A stretch of DNA of 63,475 nt, filler included, from Choristocarpus tenellus KU-1152 (taxonomy: Eukaryota > Protista > Phaeophyceae): NCBI GenBank assembly GCA_964200185.2. It is 10 parts of 10 records of this genome, joined end to end, with 100 filler letters (N's around TTAATTAATTAA, not from the genome) between each part and the next. Parts side by side here need not be neighbours in the genome. Positions count along the whole stretch, not along the records: positions 50,951 to 55,135 come from CAXNAD020015795.1; positions 55,236 to 60,202 come from CAXNAD020012342.1; positions 60,303 to 63,475 come from CAXNAD020021787.1; 7 more parts are not named here. The stretch is one strand, 5' to 3'. This document shows, piece by piece, positions 50,851 to 63,475 of the stretch. How positions within the stretch are numbered: position 1 is the first letter of the stretch; each line of letters starts with the position of its first letter. A model generated the notes under the pieces. That model was not told where the DNA came from, ran no database searches, and saw only the letters and a program-made list of their open reading frames with translations. The translations under genes were made by a program, and so were the position numbers.

Positions 50851-53767
50851 NNNNNNNNNNNNNNNNNNNNNNNNNNNNNNNNNNNNNNNNNNNNTTAATT
50901 AATTAANNNNNNNNNNNNNNNNNNNNNNNNNNNNNNNNNNNNNNNNNNNNTCCCCCTCTCCTTCGGAGGAACTTAGGTCTCCTGCTGGTTATTGTGCATA
51001 TGGGGGGGGGGGTGCCATCCCCTCAGATGTGGTTGAGGGCGTAATTCAATTTTGGGAACGAGGGACTATGCCGGTGCTAGGTGTGAGGTGATAGCAATAG
51101 GAGTTGGTGAGGTGGGAGTTTTTGGTTGTTAGGGGGGGAAAAAATGTTAGAGATTTTGTGTTGCGACGGTTGGACCGGGGTGGGGGAGGGGCTGTTTATG
51201 TTGAAGGTGAAACCCTTTTCATGTAATTCTTGTGCATTTTTCGCTGGAGCACACTTGTGTTTAAAAATAGTACAAACGATATTGAGAGAGCATCATGGGA
51301 GCTACATAGCGTGTTTCTCCCACTGAATGGCAAGGTTTAAGTTAGATTTTTTTTTTTTTCCCTTTCATACTACTAGCGGTCGAGTGTGTCCTAGTGGACA
51401 AGTTGGAAGTATGTTAACAGTATTCCCTTCTTTCGAATATTGAAAATTTTGTGAATTTGAGTAGCTGAAGCGCACGCTGCGATGATGATTTGTAATATGT
51501 TTTTTGATTGATGCTTTGGTGGGGGTAGATCAGTGCAGTGGACCAAAAGAAGAGACAGAGCTTTTTTAGTTTCTTTTTTTCTTCTTTGCACAACTACATT
51601 TTTTTTTTTTAACATTGTTGCGCTCGTGCGCGCTTGCACAATCGATAAACCTATCCATCACGTTTTCGGGTTCAGTTCAAAAATTGGTGTAGGGTGTGTG
51701 CTGTTTTGAGGTGTAGGGATAGATGTGTGTTCTTCTCTTCTTTAAGTGCAGGTAATTTGTGTCCTTGTCACTTTTCATGTGCTGGCTGCTGCTGGTGCAG
51801 GTGCTTGGGTTTAAAAGAGACGGGTGATCCAATTGCATGCCAAATACAGTAAGACAGTTGCAGCTTTAGTGTTTGTTCTTTGGGTTATACATTCACAACA
51901 GCTTGGTAAGAAGTATTGCGCCCTACTGTGCCTCAAGATAAAAAGCCGGTGCTGACTGTACCTTGCATTTCAGTAAGGTGTGTTGCCAGAAAAAGGATGT
52001 TGAGAAGTTTGTTTGGGGTGCCCTCTGCCTCCTTGGCTTCCTTGTAGTGGGCATGCAATCCCTCACACTTGGAAGCGTCATTTTTTGTTGTCCATAGATT
52101 TATAATTATGCTCTATTTTCTCATTTTCTCCTGTGTGTGTCCCAAGTAGGCACATATCAAGAGTCCTACTTTACATAAAAAAATAATAATGTTGAAAAAA
52201 AAATCACCAAGCTTCTTCGAAGTGGCATCAACCTCTTGGTAAAAGCATAAAAAATAACTGTGTGTAGAGTGGTGTGATACGCACATCTCTTCTCCCCTTG
52301 CGTGTGTAATGTATCAGTACTACACCACATAAAGGAGCCAAGTCAGACTGATTACCACCATCCCCTCTTCAGGAATTGCCTATTCATGCAGTCTTGAAAA
52401 AAGTCAAAACACTCATGGAAAGACCTTGCAGGAGTGTCGTTTGACCCAACGACCCTCTCTGGTCGTTCAACTCAACAGAACATAGATTTTATGGAAATTT
52501 GGCATCCTCCTGCTTTTAAGTAGTAAGAACACTGCGTAAGGATGACAAACAATAACTCTTGTATTGGATGGAGGAGGGGGGAATCACAAAGGGCGAATCA
52601 GCTACCACCATATCAATACAGTCTCCTATCCACACAAAAGAATACAACAGGAAATGAATTACTTCAATATAGTGTGGGGGGGGGGGAGGGAGGGAGGGAG
52701 AAGGGAGGGAGAAGGGAGGGAGAAGGGAGGGAGAAGGGAGGGAGGGAGGGTATTTTTTTTTTGTATAGCATGCCCATACATAGCATTTCTGACCAGTGAC
52801 AAGACCGGAATTTAGTTTATTTTGAAATTGTTTCTGACCTACAGGATGGTCGATTGTCTCTGGTGCAGGTGTGGAAGATCGACCAATTAGATTCCTCACA
52901 AGAGTCCCCATTTCACCCATCAGAAAGGAAAATGAAGCAGGACTCGTTGCCTAAGACAATTTGCCTAAGACAATTGGGGAGGTTTCAACCCCGTTCAACC
53001 TATCTTGGAGATGATAAAATAATATGTATCTGCTGACAGAAGGGGCACAACAGTCTACTTGCCGCTGTTGTATACAGGATGCACAGCAGAGCAGCATCAA
53101 AACCCCAACCCTAACCCTAACCCAATCTGATACGCCTTCCGAAAAGGTGCAATCTGATAAACCAGGTGCTCTGTGTGCGTGCTATTCCTTCTCTGCCGAA
53201 GTAAACTATTGGCTGATCACACCTTAATTAAATCAATATTACAAACATAAAAACCACCCACTCGAAACCTCCCTTCCCCTATCACAACACAGAGCTACCT
53301 CACTTGGATACATTCGACAAGCCGCCCCTGCCTCGTGAGACCGGAGAACTCCCACCTCCACTCTCCCTCCTCAAGGACTGATCCAATGACCGCCTTCAAA
53401 GCAAGTAAAAGTCTAACCCCACACTTCACGTACACGCCAGGCATGCTTCCTCCCTTATCTTGAATACCACGGTCACTACTACTCAACCCATTAAACACCA
53501 CAAAATGTAACCCCCATCCACACCTATCAATCGGCCCCAAGCACAAACCACAGCCCAAAAAACGAGCCTCACTATGCACAACAACACAACACAAACACAA
53601 ACATCAACAACAAGCACCACACCTACACTATTGCCAACAAGCATCCTAAAAAAACAAAAACAAAAAAATACCCAGCAACACACACCACCACCAACCACCC
53701 TCTTCTCCACAGGAAGAGAGGCCTTTCGGGGGAGAGATCTTTCCACCCCATGTCCACCAAGCCGTCA

Positions 53768-55007
53768 TCAAGACTGTGACAGAGATCGGACAAGGAGTGG
53801 TCGGGTACCTGACAATGATCCCTCTCGTCGCTCCAGGGCATGCGGCACCCCTTCCACTGGATCGAGCGAGGGTTTGATGTCCTTTTTTAAAACAGGCTTC
53901 TTTTCACTCAGCTCAGGCAATCCCAAAAACATTGGTAGACCCAAGTACCCGGGAGTGGCATCGGCAGCGGAACGCAGCTTTGGCTCCAGCAACCCCTGAG
54001 AGTGTAGTACCAAGGAGTCAGAGCACCCTCCCACGTAGGCGCCTCCAGCAAACAACTGGGGGACAGTGCGGACGCCAGAGGGGAGTTTGGCAAGCTCCAG
54101 CTGCATGGCTGCCCCGCCCTGTTGCTTGTCCAATTCCTGTCCGAATGGTCATATCCAAGCACAGAGTAGGAGTTGAGGTGTTCACAGATATTGCAGGCGT
54201 TGAGATGGGCTACACATATTATGTATATACGCATGCATGCATGTATGTATGTATGTATGTATGTGGGGTAATCAGGGTGAAGCAGTCACTGTGCAGCTTG
54301 GTGAATACACGGAGCCTGATGTGGTAGAGTGAATCAATATGCAGGCGTATGTCTCACAGTGGGTTTACAGAAAGAGATTATGGGTGGGGGATCAGTAAAG
54401 GGTAAAAAAAAAAGTCATGAATAAAAAAAACACAAAAAACAAACACAGGACTAAGCAAATAAAAATAAAAGGGGGGATGTGTGTAGAAAACAGCAATCGA
54501 AGTCACAATTGTGATGTCAGTCGACTACAACCGTTGACACTGCTTAGAGAGTTTCATCAGAGCACAGGAGAATTCCCCCGTCTTCAGGAACCCCCACTGT
54601 AACATTTTTTATTTTATTTTTTTTCACTTTTTGGATTCATTTTCAAAAATCTAACCCTAACCCTAACCCTAAACTGTGTATGAAAAACAAACACAAGCTT
54701 CGTTTGAAGAGGGTTGAAATACAACAACAGTAGTATTGATGGTTCCTGAAAACAGGGGTGGTTCGCCTATGCACTCCAGAGTGGGGTTTGCTGACTTGTT
54801 GCTTTGGGAAAGCGAATCTGAGATACTGAGTAAACCATCAAAGTCCCAGGGGAAGCAGTCCCAGTAGGCCCAGGGCTCACCACTGTCTTGAATGGGATGT
54901 TCAGGTGGCGCAGCAGAGCCTTTAGCTTACAGCAGTATGTGCAGTATGTCTTTGAGAAGAGCAGCACTCCTGGGCCTGCGAGCAGTGCATCTACAACGGC
55001 CTTCCAC
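53768..55007 (-). CDS. Glutaredoxin-domain protein (dithiol CTYC), partial
   Basis: Exon 55007-54881 (GVLLFSKTYCTYCCKLKALL...IPFKTV) splices in phase 0 to an exon starting at 54136 (ELDKQQGG...RTVPQLFAGGAYVGGCSD), giving the Grx CxxC, TVP and GG-C motifs. The 3' end is uncertain. Confidence 0.9.
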
Positions 55008-57580
55008 CTTCACCAATAAAGAGGCATTTAAACCCAGTCAGACATAGAGGGGGAAGGGGAGGAGGGGGGGGGTTCAAAGAAGGGAAGGGAGGGATAGAGG
55101 CAGCAGAAACTAGAGTAACAGGGGACATCACAAAGNNNNNNNNNNNNNNNNNNNNNNNNNNNNNNNNNNNNNNNNNNNNTTAATTAATTAANNNNNNNNN
55201 NNNNNNNNNNNNNNNNNNNNNNNNNNNNNNNNNNNGTGACGCTCGTGACTTCCACTGTAGAAGAGTCATTTAGGAGATCGCTGTGGGGGCGCTCAAAAAA
55301 AATTCTTTAACAGCATCTTTGGCAAAGGTCCCTTCCAACCCAGGGAGACGTAGTTAAGTGAGGTTGGGGGCTACCGTTGCCACAACAGGATGATCAAGGC
55401 CAGTTCAAGCGCCATGTGATATGTGCACAGGGGTGCAGCAAGAGATGCTGTTCGCAGTTGGCATGCAGTGGAACTAGTAACCACACCTTGTCGATGCCTG
55501 CTCTTGAAGCATCTACCGTGAAATTTATGGACATGGTGAAAAAAAAAAAATCCAGGAATTTTTGTTCACAATTTTTTCCGCAATGCACGGTTGCCTTTTG
55601 GGAGAGGGTTCCAACTGTGTGTTAGAAACTGTGAACAAGAGCGCGCAGTAGCTGAATGGGACAATGACTGTGAAGGTTGGCCATCAGAAATCACCCGAGG
55701 TGCTGAGAGATCATGAACGCGGATTCATGTAGTGTTGTATCAGATAGCTTTCAGTTTATTTAAACGGGGAGATTTTTGTGCTGGAGGGAAATTTCACCAT
55801 GATGGGGGGGAAGGGGAGGGAGGGGAGTAAAATGCCATTGTCTTTATAGACCTTTCCCGTTGGGATTGTTTGTGCCGTTGATCAACAATAGGGTTTCTCC
55901 CCCAACCGCCCGATATTACACTCGTTGTGAAATGTGTTCAAGGGGAGGATACGAATCGAAAAGTGTAGAGTGCTTTTTTGTTGTTGTTGTTGCATGTTTG
56001 ATGTGCCAGTTCTGAAATGAAAGGAGAGCACATCGCAGGTTGTGCTTTCCACTGATTGTTGTGTAGGAGATAGAGGATGTATTTCCCTATCAAGTAGTGC
56101 CAGGTGCGCCATTGTGAATCTGTGTTCTGCCCAGCCGACGAAGAACTTCCTTTGTGGTGGATTTCGATCCTTTGCGTGGTTGCTCTAGAGTTGTAGCCCC
56201 ACTTGTTGTGACCTAAACCCAACCCATCCGGGCAATGGCCTAGACGTGATTACGGTTTTCATAGCATGGCCTTCAACATAGCATTAGCATGTTCTGACCA
56301 TACCAACTGATTGCTGAGTTTGTACCGCTAACCCCAGAAGGAAATTTTGCTAAAATCGTTTCAACAGTTACTGCCAATGGCAAGTTTCGTTGTGAATTGG
56401 TCGGTTTCCAGTGTAGGTCTGACTTGATGTGCTTTCCAAGGGCAGTTCCAAGGTTTGATAATTGGACCAACCTCTTTTTTTTGTTTGTTTGTCTTACCCA
56501 ATGGTTCTTATGCAAAGACTGTTCGAGTGTATCCTCATCGTTAGGCTAGGACGTTTTTCAGTTTCAGCACCCGCTAAGGGTGCGTACAATCTGGACTTGG
56601 AGTGGATAGGGCATTCATGCATCGCTGTTGTAGTATGCTGGTAAGGCTGTGTTTCCATGTAGGTTCATTCACCAACAGAGAATTGAATTTTAATACACAT
56701 ACGCAAGCACACATCGATATGAATGCTTCCTCGTGATTTGTGTATGGAGTCCACAGGAGCACTTTTTTCCTCTGCTTCATCCTTCTCATGCTGAACCTTG
56801 GACATTGCTTGGGGCTTTTTGTCAATCTGAGACCTGCAGGGAGTGGCAGCAAGGATACCAAGGATACCAAGGATGTCAAACGAGAGTGAATCGTCTCTGA
56901 AGGTTTTAGGTTGGGGCATGCACTCTTTGGAGATGGTCCCCACTGTCTGCAGCAGGCGCCCCAATAATTTAGCAGATATAGAGTAATATTGCAGGGGAGG
57001 ATATCATTCATCCCGTTGGGCATATTCAGGTACTGATGGAAGGAAGGACAAGGAGGGGATCGTGATGATATCACATGTGACATTGAGAATATCCTTTGTC
57101 ACTGATGCACTGCTGGTAGTGTTGGTGGTTGGTGGTGATTAGGCAAGAGCTAAGACAAAACAGGCTGCATTGCTGAGTTTGGTATTTTCTGTATGCTCAG
57201 TACGTTGAGCTCCATGCATAGCAGTTCAAAATCTTTATGGCAGTGGGTGTGTATGTGACATTTTTGTATTTGTGTGTGTGTGTGTGTGTCTATATCTGTG
57301 TTATTTGAAGTAAGATGAATATATGTGCTTGGTCCAACTGTTGGGTCTCCCTTGCTAGTCTCGTGTACCAAGTGGGAACAGTAGTGGGAGCTGTACTGCG
57401 AAACTCTGCTTGATTTCCTGTGGCTAGACTCTTTGGGATGAAATGGCCTGTGGAGGATTGGAAGGGGGACAGCGTGCTTTGATTGCTTCGATTAGCTTAC
57501 TGTAGTTGGCCATGCTCATAAATGAAGGTGATGGTGACTGTTATCAGTGGCGCTTCTGTCTTTTGAACAAATAACCACTA

Positions 57581-58110
57581 TGTAAGGAGCACGTTTTTCT
57601 CATTTATGTGTGTAAGTGTAGGTGCAGGTATGGCTGTAGGTATTTGTGTATGCATACCTCTTTTTATTTGTAAATCTCTGGAGTGCGTATGTATGTGTCA
57701 ACTCTCCGGTGCCCTGGAGTGCACATTAGAGATCTAAATGTCAAGATATGGGGGAACGTGAGGTGGTACAGTTGCCTTGCCCTGTGAACAAACGAGGAGC
57801 AACTTCCTGGATTTTCGGTAGATCTGTTCAATCAAGTAAGTTGCGATGTAAGGAGCATTTATTCTCGCGTATGTGTGTGATGTAAGTACATATATAGCTG
57901 TAGGTATTTAAGTACGAATGCCTCTTTTTATATGTAAATATCTGGAGTGTGTGTGAATGTGTCGACTCTTCGATGACCTGGAGTCTAGATTAGAGATCTA
58001 AAGGTCAAGAAATGAGGGGACAGGATGCGGTACAGTGTGCCTTGCCCTGTAAACAAACGAGGAGCAACTTCCTGAATTTTCGGGAGATCTGTTCAATCAA
58101 TGAAGTTGCG
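57581..58110. repeat. Diverged tandem duplication, two units of about 265 bp
   Basis: Units 57581-57846 and 57847-58110 both begin tgtaaggagca and end gatctgttcaatcaa..aagttgcg. Confidence 0.9.
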
Positions 58111-59215
58111 TAATTACGAGTCTGTTAAAGACCTGTTGAGTCGTGGCTGATCTTCATCCTGATACCGTTGTAAGGCAAGTATCTCTATCTTCCTGCTTCT
58201 ATTCTACCTCAAGTCTTCCTGCCTACAGCTTCTGAATACTAATGCAGGCTGCTTGCTTTCGTGTATGCATCCTCTCTTAAAGGTTAGTGCTATTTGCTGC
58301 AAATGCAACTGGTTTGGTTAAGGTTCAAATTATTCGGTGTTAATTTTGTATTCTGACATTTTACAGATATTGACAGGGGTGAGAATATACAGAACACAAC
58401 AAGTGATACCATCTTTATGAAACATGCCAATAATGCCCCCCTTTGGTGTCTTTGGACTACTTTAGAGTAAAACCTTTTGTGCAACAAATTCCTACAATGA
58501 GAATCAGATGAATGTGGCCACCTGTCCAGGAAGATTGAGGCGATTTTGAAATGAGGGAAGAATCCCAGGAGTTAATGAGACCCTGATTGGCACAATGGTC
58601 CAGTTTTTTAGCTACACAACACACATGATAAACCTTTTTGCGTAGCCAACCGTGTCACTGATACAACCTGTTGCAGGCATGCCTTACACCACTTCCTTCC
58701 GACTAACCCCCCTACCCCTCTACCACCCATAACATGAGTCGTTACCCTGGTTAGAAATTACTCTCTGTGTGTGCTCCACTCCCAAAACTTTCTGCTTAAC
58801 ACAGAGGTGTTGATATTGTAATTATGACAAAATCCAAATGTCCTCATTACCTCATTAGAAGTACGTGTGTAGAACATACACGAGAAACCACAACACAACT
58901 AATTTTGTGCATGTATGATAGGATATCACTTGGACTGTGTACACAGTCTTCGTTGATTAATCGCCTTACTACTACTATTGATTATACACATATGGTGTTA
59001 TGTACAGTGTGCAACAGTGGGCTGAAATTACTATGAAAATACGTGTAAAGTCCTACCTGGCATGTGTTCAAGCCCAGGGCTGTCTGTAGTTCACTAGGAA
59101 ATAGACCATAGTAGAAACGGCGCATACATGACACGTGCACGAGCTGAGTTCAGGTTTATCCATGCACCCTTCACATTATGGGATTCTGAAGCAAAGAGAG
59201 CTGAGACAACAAGTA

Positions 59216-59380
59216 ACAGCCTCTCGGCAAAATTGAGGATGGAGCATTTTATGGAGGATGAGTTTAACCCAAAATGGTGCGCGGAAAGTACCCATATGTT
59301 ATTTTTTGTAAATGTTGCGGCACTTTTTAAGGGCCCCTTTTTGAATGGGATATATTTCCGAAGAAGGTGGTAGTAGGACA
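59216..59380 (+). repeat. Dispersed repeat: left end of a longer element of the 35650 family
   Basis: Starts with the same TIR. Its internal part matches 37095-37200 (gcggaaagt.cccatatg..gtaaatgttgcggcactttttaag..gtagtaggaca). Also 36123-36187 matches 37213-37281. Confidence 0.75.
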
Positions 59381-60396
59381 GTGTGTGGGGGGCGGCAGTG
59401 ATTTTGTTTGATCATCGTGCACATGTATGCCCTGCGTTGGATTGCTTGCTTGAATAATTAGTGGAGTCATTTGACTGTCGATGGTGGAGGTGGTAGAAAA
59501 AAATAGTACTTCGATGTAGTTTCTTTCGGGGCGGCGTTTCATCGTCATTATGGATGGTTGACTGACAAGAAGAGAAGAAGTGTTATTTTCCCATATTATT
59601 AAATTGTTTATCAATTATTGCTATCGTCGCCAAGTAGAAGAAGAAGCTAACGTTGAGCGAAAAATAAGTGTTGACACTATATGATGATCGACCTCTTAGT
59701 ACGAATATGTCAGTCATGCCCGAATTATCGTTTGTTGCAATCTGCCCCCCCTCCCACACCCTGTCAGATATGCCGATCTGCATTTATCTATTTTCTCGGG
59801 AAACTTGTTGACTTGTCACATATCCCAAGAGAACGACAGGGAGAAGAGGGAGAATAAGGCGACAACAGGCCAGAGCAAAAATATGGTTTAAAAAAAAACT
59901 TTCACATAAAATAAAAAAACACCAGTTTTATCAATTTGCTGCTCATTCGTTGTATCCCTCCTCCCCCCGCCACCACGCGAAACTGTACACGTCACCTGAA
60001 GCAAAATGGGCGCCGACTCTGGTAAGCATGTTACGAGGAGTTCAACAGACACACGGACAACTTGCTTGAAATAACTACTGGACGAACGAGGCATCATCAA
60101 CAAAAAACACTCCCGTACGCTCTGTTTGCCGTTGGTCAATCATTACTTTGCCAACGTGTGCGCCCGCCCGCCCCTCCACCCCCCCCCCCCTCCCCCCCCC
60201 CCNNNNNNNNNNNNNNNNNNNNNNNNNNNNNNNNNNNNNNNNNNNNTTAATTAATTAANNNNNNNNNNNNNNNNNNNNNNNNNNNNNNNNNNNNNNNNNN
60301 NNAAAGTGAATATCGAAAAAAAGGTGAAAAACGGACGCCGACACCCCCCCCCCCAGATACGTTGACCCTCAAATGAATACCTGATCACAGAAATCA

Positions 60397-61420
60397 TTAT
60401 TGAAGGCCAGGTTTCAGGTTCCTGGTGACAGATTCAAACGTATATATTGCTGTTGTTGTATTTTTACGTTGTCTTCCTCCAATTCCCTTTCCTAAAGTAT
60501 GATCAACGCAGAATTTTATATCTTTGTTTGAAGTGAAATATTTAGTTTTCAAACAAGCCACTGGAAAGGACCTGCTATACGAGGTTCCAACTGATCTCTG
60601 CTGTGAAGGAAATGTGGTCCTGTTCACAACCTCTTCCACAGTCTCATCGCCTCCACACTGTAGCATTGCGTGTACCAACTGGATGTTCTGAAATCGTCAA
60701 GCAAGATTAAGTGAATTCAGAGCATCATGTCTGATAAGGTTCGCATCAACCCCTGCCTCCACCAGAAACATGACTGTCGCATGCTGATCTCTCATACAAG
60801 GCGACAACAATGTCCTGAGCAGGGAACGGTCATTACGGTTCACTACAGCCCCTACCTCAAGCAGAATCGAGACAATGGTAGCATCGTCTCCGGGTTGGGT
60901 ACAGGCCACATCGAGGGGAGTGTCTCCCCCCTTGCAAAGCTTCGCCATTCGTATCACTCCCTGCTTCAAGTAGAGCAGAAACAAGGTCACGATGGAGGCA
61001 TGTAGCAAGGGGCAGAGCCATAACACCCCAAAACCACTTACCTTATCTCTTATCATTCACAGCATGCTTGCATTCAAGGTGTAGCCTGCTGGTTGCCAGG
61101 AGGGTTGAATGACATCTCTGTTGTCCTTGGCGACAATGGCGGTATGTAGTGCCGTGCGGCCATAGTTGTTGGTGATATCTAACCTTGCTCCCTCCTCCAG
61201 CAGGTACTTGACGGCATTTACCTCCGTCATGGTCACGGCCATAATTAGTGGCGTACACTCATATCGGCAGCGGGAATTAATGCTGTCTCCACCCTGTCGT
61301 AGAACTCAAGCTATCTCTATGTATCATTTCATTACCGCCCAATGAAGGGGCATCCTTCCCTCACGGTCAAGGAAATTCATGTATATTCCTGCCATCACGA
61401 ATGCTCGTTCTTCTTCTCTA
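60397..61420 (-). pseudogene. Ankyrin-repeat pseudogene
   Basis: Ankyrin motifs DREGRMPLHWAV, TPLIMAV...VKYLLEEGA, NNYGRTALHTA and GDTPLDVAC. In-frame TGA codons at 61324-26, 61306-08, 61057-59 and 60697-99. Probable intron at 61041-60932. Confidence 0.82.
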
Positions 61421-63475
61421 ATCCCTGACAGGATTTGTGGCAAAAGGGTCAATTTCAGATTGCAACGGACACACTCGCACACACACTCATCAGAAATGTA
61501 ATCTCTGAGGGAACGTCCAAGAAACTGTTGCTGAGTGACTATTATGCAAATGCCGTCATTACACTCGGGATGCTGTGCAGTGTAGAGGATGTCATTCAGA
61601 GTCCACCGTATCTAGAAGCATCAGGGGTCCAAGGTCTTAATCTTCTAACTCGAACTTATCGCAGTACACCCTCCTTGCCTCAGGTCGTCCGATATCCCCT
61701 GAGAGAGACTAGCTTTCGAGACGAAAATAGCTCAAAGCGAATTCTGTCCAATGTCTGTCAGATCCAACAACATCGGGGCCAGCTACACTCTCTGCGAGAG
61801 CGACCATGTCAGGAGAGGAGACATAGCGCTTACGAAAGCTTGTCAAGACTCATCCCTGCTATTCTGGCGCATGAAAGGTATATTTGAAGGAACCATGTAC
61901 TGTTTTCAATTCTTACATTTGAAGATCGCATTCACTTGGTGATTAGGTTATTTTTTATTTATTCCTTGATTGAAGTTACATGGGGTCATCCACTACAGAA
62001 AAAACAGAAATGATATGAGGCTGTATTGAATATTCATGTACTTCAAACCACTTAAACAATGGAGTTAATGCCTTGCGCCACTTACTTGCTAGAAGAGAAT
62101 CCGCCCACTGTCGCGAAGGCAGGTGCAGGTGCAAAAGCAGCTACTAGCCGGGGAGGGGTACTAGAGAGTGACAAAACTGATCTCAACTAATGGGATTGTG
62201 TATTGTGCGAAGGTTGGAGATGGTATCACGTCTAGTCTATGGCAGGGAGATCTAATGGACATATATCGGGCAATAAGCCAAACGAGGTTGTTGATAATAG
62301 TGTGGGGCCGCAGATTTAAGACAGCAAAACTGCCTTAATGCAAGGTCTGCGTTGCATAGCACCCTGGTGTCGTTAGCGTCTCCATTGCGAGTGTACATCA
62401 ATGTTCATGATCGACGTGACCTTGTGGACTTTCTTCATTCTTAAAAAAAATGTTTCCTCGACACACGACCAGAAGGATTAACAGGTATTTTGCGCAAAGC
62501 TGAAAGTTTCAGAAATATACGGGATGCATTCCGATATATATGTTGCGTGATCTGGGTTGCTCTATTGCAAGTGTCAACTTCAATATATCGTAATCAAGTG
62601 TCGATGTCGCGAAGTTATCAAGTTGTCGATAGTTACCGTGCGAATGTCACCCTTTGCTTTTTCGCGTCATGTTAGTCAACAACCAGATCATCATCGTTTG
62701 CCTTCTTGATTTTATTCAATCTTGACCAGTTTTCCTGCGACATGGAGCTGCTTGGGGGAATTGAATGAAGACATCACAGAATCTTAATGGACGAAGGCGT
62801 GCTAGGTTCCAAGTGGCGACATCATCTCTTTAGGTAATCTGAAATCACTATAAGGGTGACATCCTCGGTTTGCATTACTTTCATTCTCCGCATCCCCAGC
62901 GTGATTGAGAAGCACTGGAGACCCTGGAGTTGCCGTTAAGTTGTGATCCTAGTGACAGGCTCCTTCTTTGATTGAACTGTAATGAGATAGACAGTGAATG
63001 AGAAGATGTTGATAAAGAATGGAGAAAATTACTGGATCTCTCCACGATAATAAACCGCTCTGATGTTAGTAAGTACCAAGCCCCATGGGTGCCTTTTCCT
63101 TGGTGGGACAACGACAAAAAAGCCCAGCAGCGCATTCCATCAGCCTGCAAAATTACAAACACCACACAGTTGGCGAACTTGACCTCTTCACTTACTTTCT
63201 ATCGGGTCAGAATAGGTGTCCCTTCTCAACAGTCCATTCAACAAAAATCAGTCAGACATCACATCTGCTCCCAATAGATCTAATCATAGGTGTGAGAAGG
63301 GGGGATATGTGAGCAACCCTTGTTTCTGCACCTATTGTATTGATCATACGAGTTTACGAGTTTGCAATGTTGTGGAAATCTTGTGCTTTTCAAAGCGCTC
63401 CTGTTACAGGCGCCCTTCAATGCTCACCTTTCCAGGATGTACAACTCAAATCCAACGACCTTAAAACGATGTTAT

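Noticed and set aside
8659-60302. Recurrent TTAATTAATTAA within N runs as a biological repeat or CRISPR-like array
   Set aside because: Identical 100-bp six-frame-stop linkers; an assembly artefact.
60397-61420. Selenocysteine or genetic-code reassignment explaining the TGA codons
   Set aside because: The positions are not Cys-like, no SECIS was recognised, and intact genes here (ending at 12445 and 46263) terminate with TGA.
61435-61887. 150-aa plus-strand ORF
   Set aside because: Non-ATG start and no recognisable motif.

Overview
Eukaryotic, intron-rich genomic DNA (roughly 40% GC by eye). Long GT-AG introns, TTAGGG-type repeats and the gene and TE repertoire suggest a brown alga or related photosynthetic stramenopile (inference). 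The window is about ten contigs joined by nine artificial 100-bp spacers (N44-TTAATTAATTAA-N44, stops in all six frames), so adjacency across spacers is not reliable. Spliced genes reconstructed by hand: an EH-domain protein with ZNF598/Hel2-PAH-like repeats, a two-TM ENaC/ASIC/PAC-like channel candidate, a kinesin-light-chain-type TPR gene, the last exon of an RPAP3-like co-chaperone, a low-complexity protein with four PxWV..RRxS-type motifs, a claudin-like four-TM protein, a glutaredoxin-domain gene, a tRNA-Pro(UGG) and an ankyrin pseudogene. Mobile DNA is abundant: two MITE families with shared termini and 4-bp TSDs (Sola-like), a TA-flanked hairpin MITE family, a degenerate Copia element with a half-tRNA-iMet PBS, a DD39D mariner fragment and a probable KDZ transposase remnant. 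I did not find a clearly demonstrable new multi-gene system. The best leads are the non-animal DEG/ENaC-like channel, the EH+PAH-like architecture, the Sola-like MITEs, mosaic CpG depletion with TGA-only ORF decay, and about 6.5 kb of unidentified decayed coding-like DNA.
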